This document shows, piece by piece, positions 13,921 to 26,600 of a stretch of 53,043 nucleotides of DNA. Under the pieces are notes generated by a model, which was given only the letters and a program-made list of their open reading frames with translations, was not told the DNA's origin and did no database searches. Position 1 is the first letter of the stretch. Each line of letters opens with the position of its first letter. Source of the stretch: Octopus bimaculoides (taxonomy: Eukaryota); NCBI RefSeq assembly GCF_001194135.2, contig NC_068989.1, positions 92,396,537 to 92,449,579 of the forward strand. The letters are read 5' to 3'. The position numbers were made by a program, and so were the translations under genes.

Positions 13921-15062
13921 TTATTCCATGCCGTCTCTCTACCAGGTTATCTCTCTGCATAGTTTACTTATATAATTCATTATTCCGATAGCTGGATTTA
14001 TTGTGCTCCCTGTCTGTCGAATCCATTGAATGCTTGAGATCTCCGTTTAAAATCGAATCACGTAACTTAGACTACTAATCTCTTTGTGGAAGTCATTGGC
14101 ACCACACAATTTCATTACATTCCCTTTATAATATGCTGGCCTTGTTCCTATGCATGAAATTAATATTGTAAAAGTAGATTGCCAGCTTCTTATAGAATGA
14201 TACTAATATATAATGAGTTATAATTACCACCCGGTTCCGATACCGAATGATGGAAGATTACTTCATTTCGTTTGAGAAAGACTTCAATGTCATAATTTCG
14301 TTTTACTGTATTCTGTCTTTTGTGCTTAGTGAAGAAAGAGCCAGTTATATAAAAGAAGAGAAACTGCGTGTGTCAGCAGAATTTATTTTTAAGGTAGGCG
14401 TTTTAAGCTGGAAGAGTGTACACCGTTCCAGTCGAATTCGCGTTTCAGAACAGATGTGAATCCAGATAGATTTTTTTTAGAAATTCAGATCCAATAATGT
14501 AAATGTATTTATAATATATTTGGAAAAGAATCCTTTAAGTATTATTATGTGGAGACGAAGAGTAACTCCGTCCTCGATGCCCCACGCAAGGGCAATGTAC
14601 AAGCTAAGGGAGACTTGCTTAGGAACTGGAAACGTAACGGTTTCACAAGACAATCATGCGATACTTCTAAGTAACCGTTGTGTTTATTTATTTATCTTTT
14701 TGTTGGGTAAGTGAAAGCCTCTCCGATGTGTATTTTACATTTCACTACAGAAACTTGCTCCGTGTCGATTTTTTTTTAAAATTGCAATCTGATGAGCGTT
14801 GACATTTCTGAGTGTCGATCAGTAACCAGATAACTTCTCAGCTAAGCAGCTTTTGATGCGTAAACGTGTAGGCAGGCAGAACCCTCTCATTTGTTTTAAT
14901 ACATGCGAGTTGTTGGTATGCCATTTAGAATAAAGTTCTACTTTCTTTTTAGTCTCAAATCATCTGAGCAACTAAACAAGATCACGATACATCATAACAA
15001 TGTTCTTGGATCAGGCTGACGGAACCGTACACCAATATCAAAGTAAAAGTATGCTTCATGTC

Positions 15063-15485
15063 TTACTCTTTTACTCTTTTACTTGTTTGTTCCAGTCATT
15101 TGACTGTGGCCATGCTGGAGCACTGCCTTTAGTTGAGCAAATCGACCCCAGGACTTATTCTTTGTAAGCCTAGTACTTATTCTATCGCTCTGTTTTGCCG
15201 AACCGCTAAGTTACGGGGACGTAAACACACCAGCATCGGCTGTCAAGCGATGTTGGGGGGACAAACACAGACACACAAACAAATACACACACATACATAT
15301 CTATATATATATACATATATACGACGGGCTTCTTTCAGTTTCCGTCTACCAAATCCACTCACAAGGCTTTGGTCGGCCCGAGGCTATAGTAGAAGACACT
15401 TGCCCAAGGTGCCACGCTGGGGGTCTGAACCCGGAACCATGTGGTTGGTAAGCAAGCTATTTACCACACAGCCACTCCTGCGCCT
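15063..15485 (-). mobile_element. Full-length tRNA-derived SINE, family C (CORE-SINE-like)
   Basis: Minus strand: head AGGCGCAGGAGTGGCTGTGTGGT (A box) ... GGTTCCGGGTTCAGACCC (B box), then CCTTGGGCAAGTGTCTT (CORE-like), an internal TA/TG tract and a (GAGTAAAA)n tail. Several partial copies occur in the window. Confidence 0.85.
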
Positions 15486-15504
15486 CTTGATCATTTAAAG
15501 GCAA

Positions 15505-16320
15505 CAAATATTTCGTTATAGTCATTTGAGGAACGTAGGAAGCGATTCCCGCTTAAAGTCCACCTCTTGAAAGAATCGCAGAAGTCTTCTTTCTGTAGAT
15601 CGTGTAACACTGTTTAAGAACCCAAATGAATTACGTCAACCGCTTCAAAGAGGTTCATTTTCAATTTCAACTTCAATTTCTTCATTTTCTGAAACTCGAA
15701 AATATTACAGCTCGTTAGGGTGAGTAGGGAAAAACAAACATCGTAGCAATGCGTTTGACTGTTCAGATATTCCTGGAGAATCTCCTGTCTGAATCCATAA
15801 CTTATTCAAGACATGTGTGAGAGCTGTGATCATGTGACTGCAGGTGCCTCAGGAGATTAATTGGCGTTTCCTTGTAGTTGTAGTAAAAACAAATAGAATT
15901 TTTGAAAATCAGAACAGGGCTAGAATAATTAAAGTCGTGGGAATAAATCCTCAAATTATTTGCATAACCCACTCCAACAGAGATTTTCTTTCGTGTCAAC
16001 TTCAAAGACTTGGATCTGTCAGGGTTGATTACTTGTTAGATATTGGACAAGATTTGAAGTTATTGGTCATGTTCTTCACAGTTTTGTTCTCGATTTGTTT
16101 CCTAATTTCCAGGTATTTTTGGCCTCTCTGAACACTCATCTTCAACTCACAATAGCCCAGCTTTGAAACACGCGTGCCTTTCGAAAATCTGTGTTGCGGC
16201 TCAAGAATATTTGCCAAAAAGGTTGATGAAGTACTTAAAGAATCTCCGTAGCAGATATGATAAGCTTTGGGGAAAATCTTGACCCAAGCACGTTCTTCAA
16301 ATTTTCTGCCAAATTTTCAT
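15505..16320 (-). mobile_element. Heavily decayed, internally deleted mariner transposase
   Basis: Across frameshifts: KLIISATEIL*VL...LSR / TQIFERHACFKAGLL*VEDECSERP (mariner N-terminal HTH, cf. SRTQVFEWHxRFKxG..VEDDxRSGRP). Also PYSP*/SCNIFEFQKMK (cf. YSPDLAPCDFFLFPKMK) and ...LQKEDFCDSFKRW...DYNE at the C-terminus. Confidence 0.7.
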
Positions 16321-16716
16321 AAAAAATCACTGAGCTGCTCAAACACAACAGTATCTACCGCTTATAGCATGAAGCCTATTTATACATAGATTCAGTAGAC
16401 AGGCCACAATCACCGCANNNNNNNNNNATATATATATATATATATATATAATTTAAGCTGCTCAAACACAACAGTATCTACCGCTTATAGCATGAAGCCT
16501 ATTTATACATAGATTCAGTAGACAGGCCACAATCACCGCAAGCTGTACAGGCGTTTCTGTCAAGTAGCAGAATTACAGGACATGTAAACCCGAAGCTTTG
16601 TAATAATACCTTGTAAACATGAAGATGGTTTTCAACATAAGTTAGCGATAAGCTAGTAAAATGAGAAGCATTACTTTTGAACTCGCATTTAATTTAATTA
16701 AAAGATACACCCTCAA

Positions 16717-16754
<38 letters not shown>

Positions 16755-17742
16755 GATGAAGTAGTATACTTTAGATAAACACTTTCTGATATCACAATAT
16801 ACTGAGAAATTTCTTTAAGAATAAGTAAAAAAAATAAATAAAGGAAATTTCCATAAAGGATTTCAGCTTCAAGAAATGTTACCAATTTAGGAATTGATTC
16901 CAGATTGCACGCTACGAACGCCTTACTAATCTTCTCTTCTTTCCTTTGCTAATAACCATTCTGTTGGAAATGACTCGAACATTACGGAAAGAATTGAAAA
17001 ACTGAATTCTATGAAGGTGGTTCTTTTCTGCAACGGTGAGAGGGGCGCAGATGTAACCAGAAAGTAATTAGGGACGCAAAAAATATTATGCATTCAACGA
17101 TAGGTGCAACGACAAAAAACAATTAGCACGTGACTACTAGAGGAAAATATTAGTTCTAATTATTTTTTTATTATTTATTTTACTTTATTTATATTTTTAT
17201 TCGTATTTTATTTTTATTCCCAAAACAAAGTAAGTACTAATTATCCATGCAAACGATTGCGGATATCTGTTGTTCGCAATATGAATGATTGGTTTTTCAG
17301 TGATTGTAATGTTGTGATGTTACGCATTCATGTGTGTGTGTATGTGTGTTTGTTGGTGTATGTGTCATTGAGTGCGTGTGCAGAGGGATGGGCCGTGTTT
17401 ATTTATGTATTTTTATTTTTATTTTCTCGGTAATAAAGTAAGCATATAATGGCTGCAGAACAAGAAACAAAGACAATCATACAGCAGAAGAAAGGTGGAA
17501 AAAAAAAGAATACCTGTGAAAAGCTTCTGCATTTTAAACCTAGCCTATGATATTTGCACTAGCAGAGGCATTGCAATACGTATACACACGCACATACACA
17601 CACGCACACGCGCGCGCGCATATATACATTCAAAAGTACTTATACAGATATGCTAATACATATTTACAGAAACACATGTAGGGTATACATATGTATACGT
17701 ATGCATAAACGTATAAATATGAATATATATACATATACATGC

Positions 17743-17776
<34 letters not shown>

Positions 17777-17829
17777 GGATGGATATGTATTTATATGTAT
17801 AAATGTGTGTGTGTATATATATATATCTT

Positions 17830-18195
17830 TGATGTTTTACATATTGCAGTCATTACACTGTGGCCATGCTGCAGCACAACAGTGGAGGATTTTTTTTTTA
17901 GTCAAACGAATCGATCTCAGTGCCCATATTCTTTTATGCCTGATACATATTCTGTCGGTTTTGCCGAACCGCTAAGTTACAGGGAGGTAAACATAACAGC
18001 ACCTCTTGTCCAGCGGTGGTGGGGGAACAAAGACACACGCGCGCGCGCATACATATATACAGGCAACGGTCTTCTTTCAGTTTCCTTCTACCAAATCCAT
18101 TCACAAGGCTTTTGTCACCACGATGCTACAATAGAAAGTAGTTGACCAACGTGGCACAGAGTGGGACTAAAACCGGAACCATGTGTTTGGGAAGA
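17830..18195 (-). mobile_element. SINE family C copy (diverged)
   Basis: Collinear homology with 15063-15485. Confidence 0.8.
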
Positions 18196-18613
18196 AAATC
18201 ACACACACACTCACACACATATATTTATAATAAATAAATAGCCAGTCAATTTCATTACCCACTACGCGTATGTTTGCATATCTCTGCAAGTATTTTATGG
18301 TGCTGTTATGATCAGAAGTAATCGGTAAATCGATATCGATAAATATATATATTTTTTATAAACTTGATATCTAATGTTAATACCCCTATATGCGTTTATG
18401 TGCAGAAGATACTTTGATTTCTCGTTTATTTCCATTGAGACATGTTAAAATATTGTCAATTTACTGTTTGCTATAATATTGTTAATGTTTACGTATCATC
18501 CTATGAATATAAATTTCTGATATTGGTATACGGTCGAAAGTGTTTTATTTTGGGCGTCTACAGTTGATTAACTCGACTATCATAATATATATAAGAGTAA
18601 AGGTACCTGAGTC

Positions 18614-18670
<57 letters not shown>

Positions 18671-18679
18671 TTGGTTAAA

Positions 18680-18900
18680 AAGTCTACAAAAAGAAAACGT
18701 AAGTCAGAAAGAAGCGAAGAAACAACAAACAAGGAGTATTAGTTTGATGCTCAGAAAAAAATGGAAAAGTCTTTAACGTTTGGAGCCTACGCTTCTCCGT
18801 AGAAATCAATGTGGAGAGAAAACAGATTGCGACAGGGAAAATACAAAGAAAATTGTTTTTAAAATGTCTGAATTGACGGTTGCACATCTTTTAGTTTAAT
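18680..18900 (-). mobile_element. Short repeat related to 24545-24725; very degenerate hammerhead-like motif
   Basis: Shares AAAGTCTTT(G/A)ACGTTT(C/G)GAGC..ACGCT with 24621-24650. Confidence 0.45.
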
Positions 18901-19529
18901 TTTAAACTTAGTGTCTAATTCTGCCTATATAAATAGTTATTAATCTTTCATGTTCATATTATACAATGGAAGACTGTAGGGAATATTTTTGGCATGGCTT
19001 TAAGGTTTGGTCGGTGTTTAGTTAGATATTCAGGAGTTGGTTATAGATTTACTGACTGAATTTATTTTACCGATACTATTTGACATAGAGTAAATGTGTT
19101 TGAAAGGTGTGGTTTCTTTGGTATGTTTGTTCCCAAACAACACTTATTTTAGTACTGTTGATATCACCGGATTGAATGGTACTGCCTAGGGTTTGAAACC
19201 ATAATGATATCCGTGGGGTAGCTGATGATGGTGGTATGTTGGACTGTTGGCATAGATGTGTTCTTTATATGTGGAATAGTATTATAACACATCATTTTGA
19301 TATATATATATATATATATATATATANNNNNNNNNNNNNNNNNNNNNNNNNNNNNNNNNNNNNNNNNNNNNNNNNNNNNNNNNNNNNNNNNNNNNNNNNN
19401 NNNNNNNNNNNNNNNNNNNNNNNNNNNNNNNNNNNNNNNNNNNNNNNNNNNNNNNNNNNNNNNNNNNNNNNNNNNNNNNNNNNNNNNNNNNNNNNNNNNN
19501 NNNNNNNNNNNNNNNNNNNNNNNNNNNNN

Positions 19530-19830
19530 GACTGGCCTTGTAGGGTTTTCGAGCGAGATCGTTGCCAGTGCCCCTGGACTGGCTCTTGTGCGGGTGGCAC
19601 ATAAAAGACACCATTTCGAGCGTGGCCGTTTTCGTGCGGGTGACACATAAAAGCACCCACTACACTCTCTGAGTGGTTGGCGTTAGGAAGGGCATCCAGC
19701 TGTAGAAACTCTGCCAAATTAGATTGGAGCCTGGTGTAGCCATCCGGTTGCACCAGTCCTTAGTCAAATCGTCCAACCCATGCTAGCATGGAAAGCGGAC
19801 GTTAAACGATGATGATGATGATGATGATGA
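19530..19830 (+). mobile_element. 3' part of a SINE (family D) with a (GAT)n tail; 5' part lost in a gap
   Basis: Internal duplication GTGCGGGTG.CAC.TAAAAG, block GGTTGGCGTTAGGAAGGGCATCCAGC, and end AACCCATGCTAGCATGGAAAGCGGACGTTAAAC(GAT)n. A simple-repeat tail is typical of retroposons. Only one copy is present, so the family call rests on recall. Confidence 0.65.
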
Positions 19831-20151
19831 TATATATATAACAGAATATCGCCGCGAGGCGAGCGCACAGCGAGGGAGATCCTCAGAAGAAGATCTTCCA
19901 TCCGACAAGTGTTTCGGCCCTTATACCTAACACTTTACGAGAGCCCGGCCTACCTAGGTCATGACTCCTAAACGTTCTCCAACTGCTTTCCAAAATTCTG
20001 TCCCAGCGGAATTTGAACCTGGGTCATTCTTTTTGTGAACTTGTGTTCCCAGGTCTGTATTTCAGCCTTCTAGACCACTCTGACCGACGAAAGATCTAGT
20101 ACTCTTCTTCCTTATATTCCTGTAAATAACCATTCAAATCCATAACTAGAT

Positions 20152-20247
20152 TCATTGGTAATTTCTCTTCGCCCATATCCAGAATGAGCTCTTTTCAGAC
20201 AAGCGTTTGATTATGGCGGCTCTTCTGCGGACATTGATACCCATAAG
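20152..20247 (-). mobile_element. Possible C-terminus of a HERO/NeSL-like RLE non-LTR retrotransposon
   Basis: Reads LMGINVRRRAAIIKRLSEKSSFWIWAKRNYQ*, resembling the G...RRxAI.......EKxSFWLWxKR terminus recalled for HERO-type ORFs. Short match. Confidence 0.35.
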
Positions 20248-21088
20248 CTCTTTGTTACCACATCAGGCTAACAATATTATTTAGATTAGTGAAGAATTCC
20301 AAGTAATCTTTTGTAGGATCCTAGATCAAGGTTCATCACTATTCTATATTGGAAATCCGTGGATGGGCTTCAGATAAACTGGTGTCTACAGAGTGATATA
20401 TAAGAAACAAGTTAAAAATAATAGTTGTTACATATAATTCCTTTGTTCGTGCAAGTCTGGCTTACAACCGTTTCCAGTAATCTTTATAGGTGCATTACTG
20501 ATAGGTTTACTCAACTGAGGTAAATTGAACGACCTAAGAAAATTAATGCTACATTCGTTAGAGTCATTCTGGAATAAAAGCGCGAAGCTGTGATGTGCAT
20601 AAGTAGTAACATTTTACCAGTTGAAATACGCAAGACACGAAGAATATTTGATCCCGTAAGAAAGACATTCACCGTTTCTATTAGCTCGAATATTATTGAA
20701 GCATATTTGAGCTGGTAAGAATTGTGTGTGTGTGTGTGTGTGGCTGTGCGTGTATTCGTGTGTGACTCTGTGTGTGCGTGTTTGTATGTGTGTGTATTTG
20801 TCTGTGTATATAAATATTGACAGACAGACAGACTAGAAAAAAACTTTTTACCGCTTGTGTTAAAAAAAAAAAATCTTGCTTTATTTAAACAAAGAAAATA
20901 TACGTATAAAAATGTGACGCATTTTCACCCGTTTTCCTGCATTTTTATATTCATACATACTTGCAAACATATATACTTGTAAGCGGTGGGATGTGAATTG
21001 AGGAAATAATTTTACCATTTCTAACAGGCTGAGCAACCATGTAAAGGCTACAAAATAGATACCATAAAACATTGATTCAGAACGGAAA

Positions 21089-21163
<75 letters not shown>

Positions 21164-21463
21164 NNNNNNNNNNNNNNNNNNNNNNNNNNNNNNNNNNNNN
21201 NNNNNNNNNNNNNNNNNNNNNNNNNNNNNNNNNNNNNNNNNNNNNNNNNNNNNNNNNNNNNNNNNNNNNNNNNNNNNNNNNNNNNNNNNNNNNNNNNNNN
21301 NNNNNNNNNNNNNNNNNNNNNNNNNNNNNNNNNNNNNNNNNNNNNNNNNNNNNNNNNNNNNNNNNNNNNNNNNNNNNNNNNNNNNNNNNNNNNNNNNNNN
21401 NNNNNNNNNNNNNNNNNAGGCAAGGAGTATGATTTGATGGGGTTTTTTTCTTTAAATTATGCA

Positions 21464-21545
<82 letters not shown>

Positions 21546-21714
21546 TGTGTGTGTGTGCGTGTGTGTGTGTGTGTTTGGGTCTGATGGCGTGTCGGTTTTC
21601 ACTATACAATGTAATAATGTAAGTAAGCATTGATGTATATCTATTTATACACTATTTATACACGCACTTTCACACACACAGACACACACATACATACACA
21701 CAATCACTCACACA

Positions 21715-21755
<41 letters not shown>

Positions 21756-21857
21756 GCACAAATATACAGAATACGCAGATATAGATGTATATAAATACGT
21801 CTAAATTTCTGTGTGTATGTGTGTGTAGATATATTTGAACTCAGATATGACATATAC

Positions 21858-21897
<40 letters not shown>

Positions 21898-22032
21898 CAC
21901 ATCTATGTATGTATGCATGTATAATGTGTGTATGTCGTGTGCGTGCGTGCGTGTGTGTGTGTATGTGTATATATACAGACGTACACACACATATGTATTT
22001 ATATATGCTTACATAGAAGCACATATATATGA

Positions 22033-22076
<44 letters not shown>

Positions 22077-22479
22077 TGCGTATGTGTATTATAGACATCG
22101 TTTTGAGCAGGAGCTTACGTTTCGCTTGAGTGCACATACACATGGATAAACTTAATCAAGGATACGCACACACACGCACACACATACACACACGTATTCA
22201 CATATACACATACATACCCACCTAAGACACACACACGTACATTTGAGTTACAGGTATTACAATTATTTCACGGTTTGTACGAAGGAAATACTTCCAATGC
22301 ATTCAGATAGATGCTGTTCGCAGGAGTGGTGCCCAGGATAGACACTTGAATTCTCTGATCTCCACTCACATACATACATGCATACCTACATACACACGCA
22401 CGCACACATATGTATGCGTGTATATAAATTCATAGAACAGCGGTACACGGGGAAATCACAACATATATTCCTTTAGTCT

Positions 22480-22660
22480 TTTATTCTTTTACTTGTTTTT
22501 GTCATTTGACGGCGGCTATGCTGGAGCACTGCCTTTAGTCGAACAAATCGACCTTATGGCATATTCTTTGTAAATTTAGTATTTATTCTATGTGTCTCTT
22601 CTGCCGAACCGCTGTGTTACGGTGACGTTAACACACCAACATTGGTTCTAAAGTGATGGT
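22480..22660 (-). mobile_element. SINE family C, 3' fragment
   Basis: CTATGCTGGAGCACTGCCTTTAGTCGAACAAATCGAC and TGCCGAACCGCT match 15105-15230. Confidence 0.75.
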
Positions 22661-23622
22661 GTGGGTACAGATTTCCTGCATTTACCTGACCGAACGCCTT
22701 TCTTTGAAACAATGTGTATACAATATATGTAACCCAATATCTATTCATATATTGGGAACAAATAATTCACGAGAAAAATTATTTGCGAAGATATCAGTGA
22801 CTCTATTATTATCTAGTGTAACAATCTTAAAATGATAATAACCGAATGAATGATATAGCTGATTAAAGGCCCCCAAAAAGGCATTAAATAGCTGAAGGAT
22901 TAAACTTGATCAAAGGACAAACTAAGTACGTCTACCTGCTCGAAATAACAGTTAAAGCTCTTATTTATATCGCCAAAATACACTGATATTAACTACAGAA
23001 GGCAAACGGGCTAAGAAAATCTCTCAGCATGCATTCAAGTATTTGGACTCAAGTGGACAGGTTTCTGGTCTGGCATAATAGCCTCAGCGTCAACGCACGC
23101 GTTACCATAATAGAGGGCCCCAACTCGTCATGTTGAAATCTGTGCAGCAACTGATTCGTTTTGCGCAGAAATCATGGCAGTAACCAGGGTGAAAATAATT
23201 TCAATACGGAGAAAATAATTCACGAGAAGGTAGATATACTTAGTATGTCCTTTGATTAATTTGTACATATTTTCTATTATATAAATTGGACATGAGTGAT
23301 AGTTGTATTCTTCCTTGTCTTGAGGTTCACAGCCAAACGGCTGGGTGGATTCGCGAAAAAAATGGCACACATGTGGAGACGGGTGCATAGATTGGAATGT
23401 GGTTTGTATTTTTTACTAGCCCCCATGGTTACCGAGAAAATCGATTAAAACTTTTCTAATGGAATTCCCCCGCCATTAAAACAACCAATTGCTCACACAG
23501 CCGGCATATACCACATCGCTAGTAACAAGGGGGGTACAGGATGACAGTCAGCCAATGCCATACATACATACATACATACATACATACATACAGACAGACA
23601 GACATACACACATACATACATA

Positions 23623-23658
<36 letters not shown>

Positions 23659-24194
23659 TTTTCTCTGTCATTCACTCACTACGAAAAGTGAATAAAAAAT
23701 TTCAGTTATCTCTCTTTCTTTCTTTCTCCCTCCCTCCCCCTCTCTCTCACACACATCCACAGACACCACACGCACACATCAGTTCTTCCGCTTCATGCCA
23801 ACTTGAAAAGAACTTCACTCATACAATCGCGCTCTCTCTGTCTTTTTCACTTTCACGCTGACTTCAAAAGATCCCCTTTCCATCCAACCCCACGGAAACC
23901 GACGATCATCTTCAAAAATGTAAATAAACATACGTGGTTTATGAGTGGTTTGTAAGTAGCAGTCGTATGTTCCCATATCAAAAGATATGATTAGACAGAG
24001 GTCCAATAGAATAGCTCTCAGAAACAGACTACGTACAACTCCTGAAACAGTTTTCTGACAAGCGGGACGGTCCAGGAAATTTTCATACAGCTGGAGGGTC
24101 CAATCGAAACAGGGGACCCGAAATGATAAGGTTGAGAAACGTTGTTATAGATTATGCCTAACCGAAAACGATCTCAGTGCCACATCATCAAAAC

Positions 24195-24225
24195 AGACCG
24201 GGTGAAACCGGGCTTAGCTGCTAGT
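24195..24225 (+). mobile_element. Probable Helitron 3' terminus
   Basis: GC hairpin CCGG-GTGAAA-CCGG (24198-24211), then 9 nt, then CTAG (24221-24224) followed by T. This is the canonical Helitron 3' signature. The 5' end was not identified. Confidence 0.5.
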
Positions 24226-24544
24226 ACGCACACACACACACACACNNNNNNNNNNNNNNNNNNNNNNNNNNNNNNNNNNNNNNNNNNNNNNNNNNNNNNN
24301 NNNNNNNNNNNNNNNNNNNNNNNNNNNNNNNNNNNNNNNNNNNNNNNNNNNNNNNNNNNNNNNNNNNNNNNNNNNNNNNNNNNNNNNNNNNNNNNNNNNN
24401 NNNNNNNNNNNNNNNNNNNNNNNNNNNNNNNNNNNNNNNNNNNNNNNNNNNNNNNNNNNNNNNNNNNNNNNNNNNNNNNNNNNNNNNNNNNNNNNNNNNN
24501 NNNNNNNNNNNNNNNNNNNNNNNNNNNNNTATATGGGAGAATAT

Positions 24545-24722
24545 ACAAATAATAACAACAGACGAGGACAGGTGGTGTAAATAACAAAAGTATATATTAG
24601 TATGACGCTCGGGAATACGGAAAGTCTTTGACGTTTCGAGCTACGCTCTTCAACAGAAAGAATACGGAGACAAGGAGAAAAACACGGAGAAAAAAATTGA
24701 ATAGTGTTCAGTCAACGGTCAA

Positions 24723-24725
<3 letters not shown>
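24545..24725 (-). mobile_element. Short repeat with the best-preserved minimal type-I hammerhead-like motif (Penelope-like terminal repeat remnant)
   Basis: Minus strand TCTTT-CTGTTGA-A-GAGC-GTA-GCTC-GAAAC-GTC-AAAGA: helix I TCTTT/AAAGA, helix II GAGC/GCTC, palindromic ACGT helix III and a GUC site. Confidence 0.55.
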
Positions 24726-24773
<48 letters not shown>

Positions 24774-24825
24774 ATACACACACATATGTATGAGTTTGTG
24801 TGTGTGTATACACACCTACACAATA

Positions 24826-25095
24826 GGATTCAAGGATCCACAGCTCCTCAATATCCTCCCGAAGTAGCTAAGAGACCTTCATGCTATTGATGTAAATGTC
24901 TCCAAGACTAACATGGATTTCCTCTTGTCAAGAGTCGCAGATGAGCCAACTTCACGGCAGAAAGTCGGAATGAGTTCAACAGCATGGAAACTCCTTCGTT
25001 CACCAAACATCAACTATTAAAGTATTAACGAAGGTGTAGCAACACCTGTTGGCTGTGTTCCAGTATGCCTACGGGCTTTGAGCTAAAGCAAGTAC
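24826..25095 (+). mobile_element. 3' end of a CR1/L2-group LINE (ORF2 C-terminus plus 3' UTR)
   Basis: Reads GFKDPQLLNILPK*LRDLHAIDVNVSKTNMDFLLSRVADEP, cf. the GPxLFNxLP...R......FKxxLDxxL...PDEP terminus of CR1-group ORF2. Confidence 0.65.
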
Positions 25096-25641
25096 GTGCG
25101 TGTATGTGTGCGTGTGTACAAGGGACAGATCGATGGCTAGAGAGAAAGATACATACATACAAACACATAAACACTGTCAGACATACACACACAGAAACAG
25201 TAGTTTCATAATACATTTTTGTAACCGTTTATACGTAAAAAATAAATAAACATAACTTAAAGCATATTTTCAATTAATCTTCTCGTTATATATGTTGAAT
25301 TTCTTTCAGAAAGAAACAAACACGGACTACGGCAAGTGAAAGTTATTCTATATTCATGAATACAGGACATGAGAGACAGACAGAGAGAGGCAAGGATATA
25401 TATACACTTGCATACGCATTTATATTTATATGTGTGTGTGTATGTGTGTGTGTGTGTGTGTGCACACACACACACACACATATATATATAAGTATACAAA
25501 CGCAGATATCTATATTCATATATGTATACATGGAAGTATACACACACATGCTTGCAAAGATTGAAATTTACGCTAATTGAATCTGAAGTTAGTACTTTTG
25601 TATATTTATGTATTCAATCATATATTTATTTATTTATGTAT

Positions 25642-25672
<31 letters not shown>

Positions 25673-26279
25673 TTTGTTTATTTATACATACATACATCTA
25701 CACATTTCATCTGATTTTGTAACATTTCATGATTTTTTTTTTCCCTGATACAATGTTTGCTTTCACAGAAAGAAAACCCACAATTAAATCAATTTATATA
25801 CGTAGAAGTAAAAAAAAAAATACTCTAAAAAAATCATTTCTTTACACATATACATACTTTCAATAATATATTTAATCGTATACATGCATGCATATATATC
25901 GCACTCTTTGAATGAAGTATTGCAGAAAATTGTACTATTTTATGGCAGTATCTAATATAAACCCCAAATAACTCTGTAACGAATAACTATGGCATTTTCA
26001 ATTTTACAGAGCAATTTGTGTAAGATTTTTTTTCTCATCTCCTTTGTTGAATAGATACTAAAACGAATAAATAGACAGATATTTGAATACATACTTATAG
26101 ACACACATACGCGCACGCACACATGCACACGCACACGCACACATACACACGCATACACATACACACGCATACAAACAAACTTGTATGTACAGAGAGAAAA
26201 GAGAGAGAGGGAGAGAGAGAGGGAGAGAGAGAGGGAGAGAGAGAGAGAGATTTTGAAAGATGGCATGATAGATAATAGA

Positions 26280-26347
26280 CAGGGAGACAGATACATAATA
26301 CGTACATACGTACATACATACAGACAGAGATAGACAGACAGACAGAC

Positions 26348-26401
<54 letters not shown>

Positions 26402-26441
26402 GTAGGTAGGTAGATAGATAGATAGATAGACAGATAGATAT

Positions 26442-26505
<64 letters not shown>

Positions 26506-26600
26506 ACAGACAAGATAGACAGATAGAGAAATAGACAGACAGACAGACAGACAGATAGATAGATAGATAGATAGATAGATACATACATACATACATAGGA
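26280..26600. repeat. (GATA)n/(GACA)n array
   Basis: Directly visible. Confidence 0.95.

Noticed and set aside
14785-14825. CTGATGAG hammerhead-core-like heptamer
   Set aside because: There is no helix II followed by GAAA and no cleavage helix.
16333-16540. Exact 85-bp direct repeat (16333-16417 and 16456-16540)
   Set aside because: It flanks a 10-N gap plus (TA)n, so it is most likely an overlap or haplotype artifact, not an LTR or TSD.
19860-19930. Minus-strand GAAAC-ACTT-GTC ... CTGAGGA, resembling a type-II hammerhead
   Set aside because: Helix I and helix II do not pair properly, so this is treated as coincidence.
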